The notes under the pieces: generated by a model
Database searches by the model: none
What the model saw: the letters and a program-made list of their open reading frames with translations, nothing else
What the model was told of the DNA's origin: nothing
From: Candidatus Aenigmatarchaeota archaeon
Lineage (GTDB): Archaea > Aenigmatarchaeota > Aenigmatarchaeia > CG10238-14 > SpSt-28
Direction: 5' to 3'
DNA: 64,000 bases
Assembly (NCBI GenBank): GCA_044343155.1
Contig: JAVZSS010000001.1
Coordinates: 6,023 to 70,022, forward strand
Made by a program: the position numbers and the translations under genes
In this document: piece after piece, positions 20,701 to 28,756 of the stretch
Position numbering within the stretch: the first letter of the stretch is position 1
Layout: each line of letters starts with the position of its first letter

Positions 20701-21607
20701 CGGTTTGGAAACTAAAACAAAAATATTAATGAATTTGGGTGTACCAACAGAAATAGAGAAATATAAAGACTTACCTTTTGAAGGAATTGGATTGATGAGA
20801 ATTGAATTTATAATTGCAGAATGGATTAAAGAGCATCCCAATTATTTAATTGAAAGGGGGGAAGAGCAAAAGTATGTTGATAAATTAGCTGAAGGAATAG
20901 CTATGGTTGCTAAATCTATTTATCCTAGATTTGTTGTTGTTAGGTTTAGTGATTTCAAAACCAATGAATACAGAAAACTAAATGGTGGGGAGAAATTTGA
21001 ACCAATAGAAGCTAATCCTATGATTGGATGGAGAGGTGTTTCAAGATATATAAGCAAAGATTTTGAAAAAGCCTTTAGATTGGAATGTAAAGCTATTAAA
21101 AAAGTTAGAGAAGAATATAAACTTGATAACGTTTGGGTGATGCTTCCTTTTGTTAGAACAGTTTGGGAAGTTAAAAAAGTTCTTAAAATAATGGAAGAGG
21201 AAGGTTTGAAAAGAAGTGAAAATTTCAAAATTTGGATTATGGCTGAAGTTCCTAGTGTTGTATTTTTGGCCGATAAATTTGCAAAATATTGTGATGGGTT
21301 TTCTATTGGAAGTAATGATTTAACTCAATTAATTTTGGGTGTAGATAGAGATTCCGCAATTTTAACAAACATGGGTTATTTTGATGAAAGAAATGATGCC
21401 GTTTTAAAAGCAATTAGAGATTTGATAAAAAAAGCGCATAGAGCAAAAGTTACAGTTTCTATATGTGGGCAAGCTCCTAGTTTTTATCCTGAGTTTACTG
21501 AATTTTTAGTTAAATGTGGTATAGATTCTATTTCTGTTAATCCTGATGCTGTTCTAAAAACTAAGAAAATTGTTTATGATGTTGAAAGAAGATTGTATTC
21601 CCAATAA
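17753..21607 (+). CDS. ppsA: Phosphoenolpyruvate synthase, intein-containing
   Basis: GGKAANLGE, RSSATAED..ASFAG, GGLTSHASIVSRE, FSIGSNDL. Confidence 0.96.
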   Translation: MKFVKWIKELSKNDLNLVGGKAANLGEMINAGLPVPNAFVVTAEAYKHFITKNKLMGKIKKILRKTNFNDPKNLEESTRKIRELIENSPMPKEIEDEIKEAYRMLSEEFGENEISVAIRSSATAEDIPSVAEDEFILLRIDGMLKLIKMKDLFKFTNSFIEVLGMKEDGSLDWFKVDGIYKHYVDTFLYKIITKSKRELVISPNHSLIVLNGNLEPEVISAIDEVKKDKIKVPVLRRIPNDKFIKYIDLREIFKEGYEIHDGKLKLLNNSSNWKVQNGLNPILQLTENLMYFLGVFLADGTIDMHSRRTIIITSEEKEVKEKIKEFCREVELNAKEGRKNSINIHSRVLTEFLIKTTFAEEPRKGGKGIITRLKKVPDFVFNAEPKLIGAFLRGCFDGDGSVTRNEVTFSNKSIYLINGIAKLLELLGIEYCIQRKKDCIDISILYKSLENFMTMIGFEIEEKKEKLKRIVEKYKASKKHLDYFEVFEVRSDILRKLLEKKLPKCLVEFAYCPICNKKLEKTSNYKNKTRYVCKNCRRTFYEEEVIKYKEYVYKYWNEKGQFTTNQVPWNKGRISKRVGRRRLEAILENLGIREEVKMLNSDIKWEDVVKIEPIKYKGFVYDLFVPNVQNFAAGLGGIITHNSASFAGLQLTLLNIKNIENVLNGVKKCWASLFTPRATFYREQKGFKHEKVYIAVIVQKQLGVLNRKEYEEGKYKAGVGFTIHPSTGEKDKIVIESSYGQGESVVSGAVNPDTIIIDKNTGNILEFHVGRKEKMRVTSELGELEEIETPQNLKEKLSLNEDEIKQLWELALKLEKHYNFPQDFEWVSENGKVYLVQSRPVTVFYEKKESKTITEKSPLIKGLGASPGVAIGKVKIALTVEEASTKIERGDILVTKMTSPDWTPFMKIASAIITTEGGLTSHASIVSRELGIPCIVGASEALNKLKDGMLITVDGRNGLVYEGEIKELIEREKAEEISIEDVAGLETKTKILMNLGVPTEIEKYKDLPFEGIGLMRIEFIIAEWIKEHPNYLIERGEEQKYVDKLAEGIAMVAKSIYPRFVVVRFSDFKTNEYRKLNGGEKFEPIEANPMIGWRGVSRYISKDFEKAFRLECKAIKKVREEYKLDNVWVMLPFVRTVWEVKKVLKIMEEEGLKRSENFKIWIMAEVPSVVFLADKFAKYCDGFSIGSNDLTQLILGVDRDSAILTNMGYFDERNDAVLKAIRDLIKKAHRAKVTVSICGQAPSFYPEFTEFLVKCGIDSISVNPDAVLKTKKIVYDVERRLYSQ
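18137..19678 (+). mobile_element. Intein (514 aa) with LAGLIDADG homing endonuclease
   Basis: Interrupts EDIP|SASFAG; starts SVAEDE, block B SPNH, FLGVFLADG and FLRGCFDGDG, ends VYDL...ITHN followed by +1 Ser. Confidence 0.93.
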
Positions 21608-21835
21608 CTTTTTGAATATAGTTTTTAATTCATTTCCTATTTTTTTTCATAAAGAGTTACCTCTAAGCAAAATAACTTGAATCTGCAATCTAGAAGTCGC
21701 CCAATCAACATAAATATTTCAAAACAACAAATAAAATAAATTTATATAGAAAGTAAAGAAAAAATAATTGAAAGGCAACGCATAAAGTGTTTATAATCCA
21801 TAACATATGAGAATTTATGTTGAACTAAAAAAGAT

Positions 21836-23284
21836 TTGTATATGTTCAATTTAATTTCAATATTTCAAGAGATAATGAGAGAAGTGGAGCTTGAAAATAA
21901 AGCAATAAAGAAGCTAGATAAAATAGAGGTTCCCAATAACTATAAAGAACTAATCTTGAAAGAGTTTATAAATGAAGCCGAAAAAATAAAGAGAAAATAT
22001 CAAGATATATATGAGGAACTAATTAAATTATATAAGTTGTATTTTTCGAATCTAGTATTATTTGATGAATATCTAAGTTATGATAAATTAATGTTTTTTC
22101 CTAAGGAAATTGAAGTTATTGGTAAGCTGTTAAAAGGTCATTGGTATATAAATTTGTTAATATACGATATAGGATTGAAAGAAAAACCGTACGCTGAAAA
22201 AAAACTAAAAAATAGAATAAATTATATACCTACTTTTATATCATTTTTTTCTGATATAATCGAAAAAATAAACAACTTAGATGAAGCATTAAAAATAAGA
22301 GATGAGAGAGGGAAAATTTTGTATCATAGCCTATTAGGTAGTGATGTCCTCTTTAAAAACTTGAAATCAAAGGTAAAAGATAAGCTCTATGAAAGAAAAT
22401 ATTATCCACTTATAGAAGATAGACTCTTGAAAAATCGTCCATTTAGAGTTATGCTAATCGATAATGTATTGGAAGAACTTTGGCACATCTCTAAAGTAAG
22501 TATGTTAGATTTAGGAGTTTATTACAAACTGTTAAAAGCATTCAATAAGAAAAGTGTAAAAGAACTTTTTAATCATTTGGAGAAAAAAGCTCGTAATATA
22601 AAAAAATTAGTATATCCCATACCAAAGTTTTACCAACATTATGATAGTTGTGGTGTTGTTTGTTTGTTAAACGCAGCAAAAGTTTATTATCCAAAGCTAA
22701 AACTGAATAAAAAATTAGAAAAAGATCTTCTTATTAAAGTTCAATACAAAGGATATCCTGGAAATCTTGCACCTCTTTTGGTAAGTGTTGCAAAAGATAT
22801 GCTAAATTTAGAGGCCAAAATGTTTTTTGACTTAGATACATACGTTAAAAAATTTGAAATTATGAAAGATTATGCTAAAGAAATTGGATTTAGCGAAGAA
22901 AAAATATTAGATGTGGCCAAATTTTTTATCGAAAAAGCGAAAAGTATTGGGTTTATAGAAAAGAAGGAATGGAATTATAAAGAAATAGAAAGTTTATTGA
23001 ATAATGGCTCATTAATTTTATTTGCTAGAGATCTGAAGAATATACTTCATTATAATTTAATATTTGGTTATGATGAAAGAAAGTTTTACATATTTGACCC
23101 TATATATGGTGATTTTTCCATTTCTAAAGATGAAATAGGTAATATTATGAAAAATAGATTTGGGATGTGGGGTGTCATAATATATCCACCTTATATTGAA
23201 ACTATAAGCAAAATGGAAAAAAATATAGAAGAATGTAGAAAGAGGTTGAATTACTATGGAATTGAATTATCCTCAAATATTTAA
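21836..23284 (+). CDS. Hypothetical protein with C-terminal papain-like C39-type peptidase domain
   Basis: QHYDSCG, HYNLIFGYD, IFDP give the Cys-His-Asp pattern; start uncertain. Confidence 0.65.
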   Translation: MYMFNLISIFQEIMREVELENKAIKKLDKIEVPNNYKELILKEFINEAEKIKRKYQDIYEELIKLYKLYFSNLVLFDEYLSYDKLMFFPKEIEVIGKLLKGHWYINLLIYDIGLKEKPYAEKKLKNRINYIPTFISFFSDIIEKINNLDEALKIRDERGKILYHSLLGSDVLFKNLKSKVKDKLYERKYYPLIEDRLLKNRPFRVMLIDNVLEELWHISKVSMLDLGVYYKLLKAFNKKSVKELFNHLEKKARNIKKLVYPIPKFYQHYDSCGVVCLLNAAKVYYPKLKLNKKLEKDLLIKVQYKGYPGNLAPLLVSVAKDMLNLEAKMFFDLDTYVKKFEIMKDYAKEIGFSEEKILDVAKFFIEKAKSIGFIEKKEWNYKEIESLLNNGSLILFARDLKNILHYNLIFGYDERKFYIFDPIYGDFSISKDEIGNIMKNRFGMWGVIIYPPYIETISKMEKNIEECRKRLNYYGIELSSNI

Positions 23285-23400
23285 CAAATTAAGTTGTACT
23301 TACAACTAAATGTTTTATTTTCATTCTCTAAGATTTATCATTGACTTTTTTCATTATAAACTTTTTGAAATTCTAGAAGTTATTTTCATCAATTAAAATT

Positions 23401-23416
23401 CGCCCCCGCCGGGATT
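23401..23416. repeat. att site, distal copy CGCCCCCGCCGGGATT
   Basis: Identical to 33468-33483 (tRNA-Asp 3' end). Confidence 0.93.
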
Positions 23417-23476
23417 GGGTCCGTAAGTTAAAAACCTTTTTCTTTCATTTAAATTAACATAAGTTTAATTTCAAAT

Positions 23477-23611
23477 ATGAAATGTAGTATTTGTAGAGCG
23501 CCCGCTGAATTTTTTTACAAAAAAAAGAAAATAAAATACTTTTGCAGAAAACACGCAGCCGAATTCTTACTTTCTCACCCAGATGTTTCATTCTTGCCCA
23601 GAATTAAGTAA
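23477..23611 (+). CDS. 44-aa CxxC...CxxH zinc-finger micro-protein (not in ORF track)
   Basis: Manual translation MKCSICRAPAEFFYKKKKIKYFCRKHAAEFLLSHPDVSFLPRIK. Confidence 0.6.
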   Translation: MKCSICRAPAEFFYKKKKIKYFCRKHAAEFLLSHPDVSFLPRIK

Positions 23612-23878
23612 TATAAGTCTTGTGAGCATATTCATCATTAAATAAGAGGAAGTCATTTCAAACTTTAGTACTAAATTGCTAGGTTCTTGTTTATTTTTTA
23701 AATTCAAGAGCATATTCGTTACACGAATATATTATAGAATTTTCTTCATTTAGATTAAAATAAAAATTCATACCGAAATTGAAAGTATTACAATTTGTAC
23801 AGATTAGTTTTCCTTCATCCACCTTTTGTAAGATCTAAATTCTCTTCCTTTATGATTTGTTTTTTGGGTTTTCCAACA

Positions 23879-25831
23879 TTATCTATTCTTTTCTATTTCA
23901 TTTCCATACTCTTTTATCAACTCTTCTACTGCTTTTTTTACACAACTAATACATGCCGGTTTCCATGTTTGCTTAAAGAAATCAAAAAGACGTAATCTAG
24001 TAAGTATTTTATGTTCAACGCATATTTCCTCTTTTTCTCCTACCCCTATCTTTGCTTTAAAAGTTCTTTCATTAACACCCTTTTTCTTTACTTCCTCCAG
24101 TATTTGATTGTAGAACTTTAAGTAGGGATCGGTCAAGTGATACATCAAATTACTATTTGATAATGTCGGATTATCTTGGATTCCAATATTTTTTTGCTCC
24201 TTACCTGAGATTAAGCTATTTTTTTGGTTTTCAATATATTGGAAGACAAAACCATCTTTATATTCATATAAAAATCTATAAAGGAACGGATCCGTATAAG
24301 AGTAGATATCCTCAGGCACTTGTGAAACAATCTTCTCATATGTTTCTAAATCGTCTTCCAGCATTTGTTTTAAAACAAAACAAAACTTTTCTCTAGTTAA
24401 CTCGCTATTTAATGTTGGATTCCAAGTTTCTCCGCTATTTTTTTCTTCTAAAAGCTTATATAAGTTATTTTTTCCAACCTTTATTTTACTTAGAAACCCT
24501 TTTTTAACCAATGAGTTGAATGTTTTAAACGTCAAATCATATTTATACTTCCACTCGCTTCTTTCAACACAATCATTTAAGAAAAACCAAGGACCACCAT
24601 TTACATTTCCTTTTTCGTCTCGACAACCTGGCTTTAATTTTTTTATCATTTCTAGCATATCTTCTTCTCTTTTATTTAATCCACCTCGACTCAATGCTAA
24701 AATTTTACTTGCAATCCTACAAGCTATATAAAAATCGGAAGGTAATGAAACCAAAATTCCTTTCTCTTCGTTTCTAGGCCTTTGGTATTGATAAAAATGA
24801 GCTATCAGTTTTATAAGTGTTATAAAATTCTCTTCTTTTCTCCTATCATCAATAGAGTTAGATGGAAAATTTAGAAAGTCAAGGTAAGGTATAAGAATGT
24901 AGGGATATGCTTTAAGTTTGTTTATCGCATGTTTAATGACTTTTAGTTTTCGTTCATAAAGATTTTGCTGTGTAATAGAAAGCTTGGCTTTCCATTTTCT
25001 CCATAAAGAGATTCGTTTGGTCTGTTCCATACTCTCATCAGGATTTATTGTCCATTCTCTTGCGGCTCTGTGAAGGGACGGATTTTCTGTTGAGGTTGTT
25101 ATATAAACAAGAGGACCTCTAAGTCGTATTTCTATTGGTTCCCAATTTTTTCCTTTAGGAACATTTATACCAATTACTATTTCCTCTTCGCCATAAAGTT
25201 GCTCGAATTGAATACCTTGAATACCACTTCGATCCTCTAAGTGAATTATTATGGAACCTTGTGTTTGTATTTTATTTTGAAGAACTTTCCTATAAAAATA
25301 GGCAGAAGTAGTAGAAGCAAAAACATACACATTATCAAAGAGTTTTGGAATGATTTTTATTTCTGCATTTTTTCCTGCAGACGGAATACCTCTCACGCCA
25401 ATCAACTGAGTTGAATACTTTCTTGCCTCACTCAAGATAACTAAACAAATCCTATTAGCTTCATCACCAGTGATTTCATACTCAAGGGCCTTGTTTATTT
25501 CAGCCAAAAAAGCTGGATTATATAAAAGTTCAGTCGCCTCTTTCTCAATCATAGTATCTGTTTCTATACTTTTTTCATCAGGCTTATGCGAAAACTGCTG
25601 AGTCTTTTGATGTAATTCTATTTCTATTTCTTTCAATGTACTCTTTAAGGTAGTTAATGGAATTTTTGTTTTGGTTGCAATTAACTTTAATACTTCATGT
25701 TTTTGTAAAGTTGTGAGAGGCAACTTAAGTAACTCTTTTAAAAAAAATTCAATAGTTTGGGCTGGTGATTCTTTCTTTAAGTTTGTTTTGATTATTTCTT
25801 TCAAGTTTTCAAAAGAAATTGTTTCTTCCAT
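23879..25831 (-). CDS. Putative MCM-like AAA+ helicase of the element
   Basis: EITGDE, Walker A GIPSAGKN, YITTST, DESMEQTKRI; wHTH-like segment; C-terminal CVEH..CISC. Confidence 0.65.
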   Translation of the reverse strand: MEETISFENLKEIIKTNLKKESPAQTIEFFLKELLKLPLTTLQKHEVLKLIATKTKIPLTTLKSTLKEIEIELHQKTQQFSHKPDEKSIETDTMIEKEATELLYNPAFLAEINKALEYEITGDEANRICLVILSEARKYSTQLIGVRGIPSAGKNAEIKIIPKLFDNVYVFASTTSAYFYRKVLQNKIQTQGSIIIHLEDRSGIQGIQFEQLYGEEEIVIGINVPKGKNWEPIEIRLRGPLVYITTSTENPSLHRAAREWTINPDESMEQTKRISLWRKWKAKLSITQQNLYERKLKVIKHAINKLKAYPYILIPYLDFLNFPSNSIDDRRKEENFITLIKLIAHFYQYQRPRNEEKGILVSLPSDFYIACRIASKILALSRGGLNKREEDMLEMIKKLKPGCRDEKGNVNGGPWFFLNDCVERSEWKYKYDLTFKTFNSLVKKGFLSKIKVGKNNLYKLLEEKNSGETWNPTLNSELTREKFCFVLKQMLEDDLETYEKIVSQVPEDIYSYTDPFLYRFLYEYKDGFVFQYIENQKNSLISGKEQKNIGIQDNPTLSNSNLMYHLTDPYLKFYNQILEEVKKKGVNERTFKAKIGVGEKEEICVEHKILTRLRLFDFFKQTWKPACISCVKKAVEELIKEYGNEIEKNR

Positions 25832-26310
25832 TCTTTCACCGCAAACTTTGATAAAGTTTTAAGAAAATTTGAATAACGTAAAGGAGCATAATTACGGCGT
25901 TTTACATATTGATATTGATAATTCAGACGCTTTCCTGATTTCTTATATTCCTCTTCTGAGTAACCACAGATTTTAAACCATTTCAAAATAACTTCAATAC
26001 TCTCTTTTTCTCCCAGTTTTTTTACATTTGCTAGATAGGGCATTAAGATTAGATCAACTATTCTTTTTCGTCCGTCTCTAAAAGGGGTTTCTAAAATTTT
26101 TTCAATCCATTTATAATTTCTTTGGGAAAACAGTGTTTGTCTGCATGAGCTACATACAGGCAGATTATAGGATTCAATAACATATAAGATATTTCCGTCA
26201 CTATCTACAATCACATCAACAGGAGTGGGTAGGAAAGAAATACCTTTTTTCGAGTTGCAAAATGAACAACTTTTCAAAAACTCTAAAAATTTCAACTTAT
26301 TGTCTTCCAT
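25801..26310 (-). CDS. PriX-like primase accessory domain with N-terminal Zn finger
   Basis: CSFC..CSSC then YKWIEKILETPFRDGRKRIVDLILMPYLANVK..VILKW, resembling archaeal PriX. Confidence 0.65.
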   Translation of the reverse strand: MEDNKLKFLEFLKSCSFCNSKKGISFLPTPVDVIVDSDGNILYVIESYNLPVCSSCRQTLFSQRNYKWIEKILETPFRDGRKRIVDLILMPYLANVKKLGEKESIEVILKWFKICGYSEEEYKKSGKRLNYQYQYVKRRNYAPLRYSNFLKTLSKFAVKEWKKQFLLKT

Positions 26311-26428
26311 TATAATCAACCATATTACTATCAAATAGGTAAGATCTTTTTTTACGCTCTTGCCATACCTTTTTAAAAGTAAGAAACCATTTAGGCAATT
26401 TCGTATTTGTTTCTTGGCTATTTTCCAC
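26297..26428 (-). CDS. Possible 43-aa small protein
   Basis: GTG start 5 nt after a GGTGA SD; fills the gap between the AbrB and PriX-like genes. Confidence 0.3.
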   Translation of the reverse strand: MENSQETNTKLPKWFLTFKKVWQERKKRSYLFDSNMVDYNGRQ

Positions 26429-26437
26429 CGATATCAC

Positions 26438-26692
26438 CTATTTTTTAGTGCTACGGTTTCTAACATTTCTTGAAAGGTAAAGGGTGCTGGGAAATTTCAA
26501 GAAACTTTCTCTGTAGTTTTCTTCTTTTTGATAATTAGGTGGAAAAACAATAAGGACATCATCGTAAAGGATGTTTAATTTTTGTTTCTTTTTTATGTCC
26601 CAAAATTTTGCCCAAGCTTGCGGTAATGTAATAGCTAGACTTTTCTTTTGGCTTCCAAGTTCTAGTACGCTTCTTCTTTCTATTCCAGGCAT
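26438..26692 (-). CDS. AbrB/MazE/SpoVT-family DNA-binding protein
   Basis: SLAITLPQAWAKFWDIKK...LIVFP swapped-hairpin pattern. Confidence 0.78.
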   Translation of the reverse strand: MPGIERRSVLELGSQKKSLAITLPQAWAKFWDIKKKQKLNILYDDVLIVFPPNYQKEENYRESFLKFPSTLYLSRNVRNRSTKK

Positions 26693-26717
26693 TTATAAAC
26701 ATATTTAAAATTTATTT

Positions 26718-26736
26718 ATACCACCAATGGTGGCAT
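26718..26736. promoter_or_regulatory. Palindromic operator candidate between divergent regulators
   Basis: ATA-CCACCA-A-TGGTGG-CAT beside TTTAAA/TTTATA boxes in a 48-bp divergent gap. Confidence 0.6.
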
Positions 26737-26740
26737 CATA

Positions 26741-27079
26741 ATGATTGAGGAAATCTTAAAAAAGAAAGGACGTCCTTTAAGTGAAAAGGAAATTATAGAA
26801 ATTGCCAAAAGAGATGGTTATCTAAAAGATGAAAAAAATATCAAGAAACATATTAGGAAAGCTGTTGAAAGAGGTGAAATTTACAGGTTTGCAACGCATT
26901 TAGAAGGGAGTTTAAAAACTCATAATTTATACTATTTACCTGAATGGAAAAGCCAACTAATTTTTAATCCTAGTGATAAAACATTTGAGTTTAGGATTAA
27001 TAATAAAACCATTGGAACAGGGTGGGTAGATGTTGTGAGATTTGAAGTTTCAAAAAAAAAGAATGAGCTTGTTTTTTAA
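26741..27079 (+). CDS. Winged-helix DNA-binding protein
   Basis: EILKKKGRPLSEKEIIE..IKKHIRKAVERGEIYR wHTH pattern. Confidence 0.65.
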   Translation: MIEEILKKKGRPLSEKEIIEIAKRDGYLKDEKNIKKHIRKAVERGEIYRFATHLEGSLKTHNLYYLPEWKSQLIFNPSDKTFEFRINNKTIGTGWVDVVRFEVSKKKNELVF

Positions 27080-27102
27080 AGCTATTCTATCCAAAGATAT
27101 GT

Positions 27103-27552
27103 ATGCGGCTTTCAGTTGCAGAAGAAATTGTGCAAAAGCTAAATTCGGGAAAATATGGGTTGCTTACACTTAGTAAAGAATACGGAATTTCACCAAAACA
27201 AATCCTTAGTCTTTCAAAGCGGATAGATAAGGAGAGAAAGAAGAGAGAAATAAAAGAAAAACTTATAATTGAGGGAAAAAAGAAGATTGTGTTAGGCAAA
27301 CTTAACTACTATATTACTACTATCAAAAAAACTTTAGAAGAATATGATGATTGTGATGAGTTCATGAAATATTGTTTAGTTTGCCTTAATGTGCTAGAAG
27401 AATTAGCAGTTCAAGTGAAAAAATGTTCTGATAGAGAAGAATTAAACGTGATTAAAAACTTATGTGAACAATGCTTCCGAGGAATTAAGATTAAATATGG
27501 AGAAGTTTGGGAAATTTCTAGTCCTGAATATTTTGAGTCAATTTTTGACTAA
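27103..27552 (+). CDS. Hypothetical protein, possible N-terminal HTH
   Basis: 149-aa ORF; LSKEYGISPKQI resembles an HTH. Confidence 0.55.
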   Translation: MRLSVAEEIVQKLNSGKYGLLTLSKEYGISPKQILSLSKRIDKERKKREIKEKLIIEGKKKIVLGKLNYYITTIKKTLEEYDDCDEFMKYCLVCLNVLEELAVQVKKCSDREELNVIKNLCEQCFRGIKIKYGEVWEISSPEYFESIFD

Positions 27553-28459
27553 CTTCCAATCGCTGTGCATTTTTTTCTATAAATTTTTCAAATTCTTCTA
27601 GTGGCTTCAGTACTTTTTCCTCATAAACAGTTTTAAGTTTAATGTAAGATAGAAACATTAATAGATTATCGTTAAAACATTCCTGTAAGATTTGTTCTAG
27701 TGAAATTCGTTTTTTCAGCGTATTTATAAAAGTTAAAATTTCCTGTAAAAATGCCCATAATTCATTCGGGTCTAACAAGAACTTAACTTTTTTCTCTTCA
27801 ATTAATTTTTCCAGTTTTTTTATTTCTTCATGTAAACTCATTAACTTACCTCTATATTGTTCTTCTAACAAATCTTTTTCCTTTCTTATCTTTTCTCTAA
27901 TCTCTTTAATTATTGCTTCTCTTTCTCTAACTACTATATCTCGTTGCTCAATTAGTTTATTCACTTCTTTATCTAACTTTTCTTTTTTTTCTGTAAGCTG
28001 ATTACAGATGTAACTTAATTCCTTTATTTTTCTTTCCATCTCTTTTTGTTTATTTATCATAATTTTGTTCAAATCCCTAAGTTTTTTCCCACTCTCCCGA
28101 AGTTTTCTTATTGCAATTTTGATGTCTTCTTTACCTCCAACTCTTTCCAACTCTTTTTGAAGAACCAAAATTTCCTTTAATTTGTTAAAAGAGATTTTGG
28201 TTTTTTGAATTTTCCAAATACCTTCGACTAGATCTATTAAAGAAATTCCACGCTGCTTACATAATTCTAAAACTTCTTGAAAAGTTGCTGTTTCCCAGTC
28301 CTTTGTTACTTCTCTCTTCTTTTTTGCTTCAGTATAGTACTTTGAGCAAGTGTCATCAGAAAGGTTTAGCCTTTTTCCTATTTCTCGAAAGGATAATCTC
28401 TCCTCATCACGCAGCCTAACAATTTCTTCAATTGTTTTCCGGCTTATAATTTTAGGCAT
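27518..28459 (-). CDS. HTH plus coiled-coil protein
   Basis: EEIVRLRDEERLSFREIGKRLNLSDDTCSKY HTH then long heptads. Confidence 0.65.
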   Translation of the reverse strand: MPKIISRKTIEEIVRLRDEERLSFREIGKRLNLSDDTCSKYYTEAKKKREVTKDWETATFQEVLELCKQRGISLIDLVEGIWKIQKTKISFNKLKEILVLQKELERVGGKEDIKIAIRKLRESGKKLRDLNKIMINKQKEMERKIKELSYICNQLTEKKEKLDKEVNKLIEQRDIVVREREAIIKEIREKIRKEKDLLEEQYRGKLMSLHEEIKKLEKLIEEKKVKFLLDPNELWAFLQEILTFINTLKKRISLEQILQECFNDNLLMFLSYIKLKTVYEEKVLKPLEEFEKFIEKNAQRLEVSQKLTQNIQD

Positions 28460-28756
28460 TTTATTCCCAAACAAAGATAGTTAAACTACAATAAAAACCT
28501 TTAAAAGTTTTAAAAAACTACTAACTTTTAACGGGTGTAGAAAGAATGTAAAATTAATAACTTCTATATAAAGGTAAAAGAATAAAATCTTACAAAATCC
28601 ATCTTAAATTGGCTTTATTTCGTCTTGTTTTCTTTGTTTTAGAAGGTTTATATTTTTTGACAGAAAAAAGAAAAGATACTGAATCTTAAAAATACTGCCA
28701 AGTTCTTTTTCATTTTTAACCTTTCATTTCCTTTTTCAAAGGATAGAAACACAATT

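Noticed and set aside
21767..21774. ATTGAAAG (CRISPR repeat-end-like), also near 23778
   Set aside because: Isolated 8-mers in AT-rich DNA; no repeat-spacer periodicity seen anywhere in the window
26438..27552. Toxin-antitoxin pair around the AbrB-like gene
   Set aside because: No PIN, MazF or RelE-like toxin next to it; it heads the replication genes instead
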